Source of the DNA: Ginkgo biloba
Taxonomy: Eukaryota > Plantae > Ginkgophyta
Assembly (NCBI GenBank): GCA_024626585.2
Contig: JANKJI020000002.1
Location: forward strand, 224,149,219-224,174,270
Length of the DNA: 25,052 nucleotides
Direction of reading: 5' to 3'
The notes beneath the pieces were generated by a model. The model was not told where the DNA came from. It worked only from the letters and a program-made list of their open reading frames with translations, and ran no database searches. The translations under genes were made by a program, and so were the position numbers. Of this stretch, positions 21,911 through 25,052 are shown one piece after another (position 1 is the stretch's first letter; each line of letters starts with the position of its first letter).

Positions 21911-22524
21911 CTGTCACCTTAGCATAATAGTTTATGCAATGGGAAATAGTCACCTAAGTGCTACTGATATTTACCTAAACATAACTACCTATGATAAGTG
22001 GCCCTTAAATCTAAGCTAGCATAACATTTTGTGGGAAATAGGTTAGTCCTTGACTACTACTAGTATTCACAACCTTATCACAACTTACTGAGGTTATCTT
22101 TAGTCATAGCATGCTAGGTGAATGCTATGATATGTTATTACTACCATTTATCTTAACATAATAAGTATACCATAACATAGAAGATCGTAACAATCATTCT
22201 AAGCTCCTTAACTTTGAGTTTGAACGCAATGTTAGAGTCATTCTTAAGGCCCCAAAGGTAAAAGTTATTACATATACTAAGTTAATGTATCTTATAATGC
22301 AAGTTAAGATAAACAATGCATGGTATTTTGATGACAAGCATGAGGATAATATGGTGTCCAAATAATGGGAATGCTATAGGTGTGGATGAGTATTAGGTTT
22401 CCTAGCTAGTCAAGTTTCAATATCTTTGAAGATTTGGACATCTACATTAAAACAAATGGCCTCACAAAACTTAATATCATTATATAAGAGAAACTCTAGA
22501 AAGATGCAAATCAAGCTCTAAACA

Positions 22525-22627
22525 TCACCCATCAGTTCTTTAAACAGTGCATTGCAACCTCACTTATCTGGATGGAATAATGCTTGCAGACCAAACAACA
22601 TAGTGATGCATCATGACATTTACATTT
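22525..22627 (-). mobile_element. Possible SWIM zinc finger remnant (MULE/FAR1-like)
   Basis: KCKCHDASLCCLVCKHYSIQISEVAMHCLKN*W fits CxC-x9-CxH followed by a segment like EIP..YILKRW. Short and cut by a gap. Confidence 0.35.
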
Positions 22628-25052
22628 NNNNNNNNNNNNNNNNNNNNNNNNNNNNNNNNNNNNNNNNNNNNNNNNNNNNNNNNNNNNNNNNNNNNNNNNN
22701 NNNNNNNNNNNNNNNNNNNNNNNNNNNTGTTATTCTTAGGAATTCACATTCTTTAAGAATTTTCATATTGTTTTATCAATACATTAAATAAGGGGGTAGT
22801 CGGTTGGATATAATTTTTAAATTAAATTGAATATTATATAACTTTTTCATAACTAACATATATTATTTTTTTTATTAACGATAATATAATTTAACTCCTT
22901 TTGATGTTCCATAAGCTTTTGTAATAATTAATCTATAATATAAATCTTTTTTTATATTATTGAAGAGGTGGTTGTTCACATTAATTAGGAGTTATTTAAT
23001 AATATTTTATAATTTATATATTATTTTTTATCAATGAGTTTATGATTTGACCCTTTTCCCTTATGACTTGTCATATTTTTATAAACTTCTGTATTAATTT
23101 GTAATATAGACATTTATTTATATTAATAAAGGGGTGATGAGATGGTGGTCATTGAAACATAAAATTTTTAGAATATAATAATAGACTTAAATAGGCAGAT
23201 GCTATTTCTAATAACTTACTAACTAAACTCAATATATTAGATAGTCAAAACTACTAATTACTATTTATTTATTTCCCTAACACAAACACAATCTCCACAT
23301 CTTTTGGTGTAGAAAATAAATGGAAGAGTGATTCTATAAATGCATAGAAATGTAATGATGTACACTGCTCCTATGCCTAATTTATTATGCCTAATGTAAT
23401 CCTCTAATAATTAATCACNNNNNNNNNNNNNNNNNNNNNNNNNNNNNNNNNNNNNNNNNNNNNNNNNNNNNNNNNNNNNNNNNNNNNNNNNNNNNNNNNN
23501 NNNNNNNNNNNNNNNNNNNNNNNNNNNNNNNNNNNNNNNNNNNNNNNNNNNNNNNNNNNNNNNNNAATATAACTATATTACTTTACATATGGATGACTAA
23601 TGATAGAATAATTACCATTTGGGTAGACTGTTAGGATAGAGATAATCCAATGTACATACTTATACTAACTTCCTTTGATAATATAGTTCATTGCACAAAT
23701 AAATTGGTCATGCTACATATGTGCATTTTAGCAAGACACAATAAATAATCAATTCTAGTAAGATATTTGGACGTTAATCAATCAATNNNNNNNNNNNNNN
23801 NNNNNNNNNNNNNNNNNNNNNNNNNNNNNNNNNNNNNNNNNNNNNNNNNNNNNNNNNNNNNNNNNNNNNNNNNNNNNNNNNNNNNNAATTATTTATATCT
23901 AGTGAAAGACATTAATATACTTATAACTAATTTAGGATTGTGGATGGAGTTAAGACTGTGAGTGTGACAAGGGTAAGAGTCATAAATAGAATTGTCCAAT
24001 GTAGAATATAAGGTGAATTTATTTCTTTTAAAATCTAATTAATTTACTATGATTTGTATAATTAGTCTCAGAAAAAATGGCATCCAATTATAGGTGGTTG
24101 AAGAAAATTTAAGCTATAAAAGTTCATTTTTTTATGGTAAAATTATGTCTATAAGAAACTTCCTATTTTGATCCACAACAAAATAATTATATCATAGTTA
24201 TTGGTCATATTAGAATACATCAAGTAGGAATGGCCTTAATTACATGCCACAATATCTCTTTTATAAGAGTCTCCTTATGAGAGGTTGCTAGCTTAATTCT
24301 AGGAGGATATTGATAACAAAAGATAATTGAAACTATACCAAAGCTAACATAGAGAACTATAGGAGAGTATGTGATTGCCAAGAAATAAGAGAAATAAGAA
24401 TTCATGCAATTGGATCATAAGGTCATTTATTATTTTGCATCGAGATTACTTTTCCATATTTGGATCTAATTCCCTTATTCCCATAGAAGGTGTCTTTTTA
24501 AGTATTTTAAAATATTAAGTTTCTGGATGCAAACAAATACAATATTATGCATAAATGACTAGATGCCATGAGAGAGCATCCAAGTGTAGTGTCATATATT
24601 CCTAATTCAAACATGCTCTTGGATTGTACTAAAAAAAATGCTTGGGTTATGGAGAACCACCCTATATGAGTTTAAGATAGTTATCCCTTCTTATTTTTGT
24701 CTCAAACCCTATGATTATATTAATAGTATTTCAAGTAATTACCTTTTTCTACTAAATAATAATTTCATCATTTATTGCTTACATGGTGTATATTTTACTA
24801 TGTTAATTTATGTGATTTTCTTAAATATATACACTTCATTAATATCATAAAATCAATAATTAATGGTGTTTGTCTTTATTGTCCCTTTTGGTAGGGAAGG
24901 ACATATGATTCACATGTTTTAAGTAACTACCTCAATGACATATTTATACTATATACTAAAAACCAATGTTAGGACAACCATCCCCCTCCCCATATAAAAA
25001 CTATATAATATCTTCTAATAATAAATTTAAATTAAATTTACCTCTCCTCTCT

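Noticed and set aside
22728-25052. Genes or elements in the AT-rich tail (also 4170-5400, 8160-9743, 11640-12548)
   Set aside because: I recognised no motifs in the frames I examined; probably old decayed repeats.

Overview
This AT-rich eukaryotic window is repeat-dominated and comes from a fragmented assembly: 17 N-runs, 14 of them exactly 100 N, so order and adjacency across gaps cannot be trusted. The transposon motifs look gymnosperm-like to me (copia pol ending -REC* inside the LTR, DGG-type gypsy proteases, L1 ORF1 style), but the species cannot be named. No intact gene is present. Most of the window is decayed transposons: two chromovirus-type Ty3/gypsy integrase remnants, several gag/aspartic-protease remnants, a copia PPT-LTR junction, a plant L1 LINE (ORF1 plus start of ORF2) and two inverted copies of a plant-mobile-domain (PMD) region. 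Two host-gene relics are visible: an intron-containing AAE3-like acyl-activating enzyme 3' fragment, and a pectin methylesterase-like remnant with an apparent internal inversion. The most unusual structure is an array of 12 eroded 32-bp palindromes with G-box (GCCACGTGGC) cores spaced every 95-99 bp (9889-10991). It looks CRISPR-like but is best read as an old tandem repeat. I cannot establish a novel functional system from sequence alone; all protein family calls are by-eye motif recognition.
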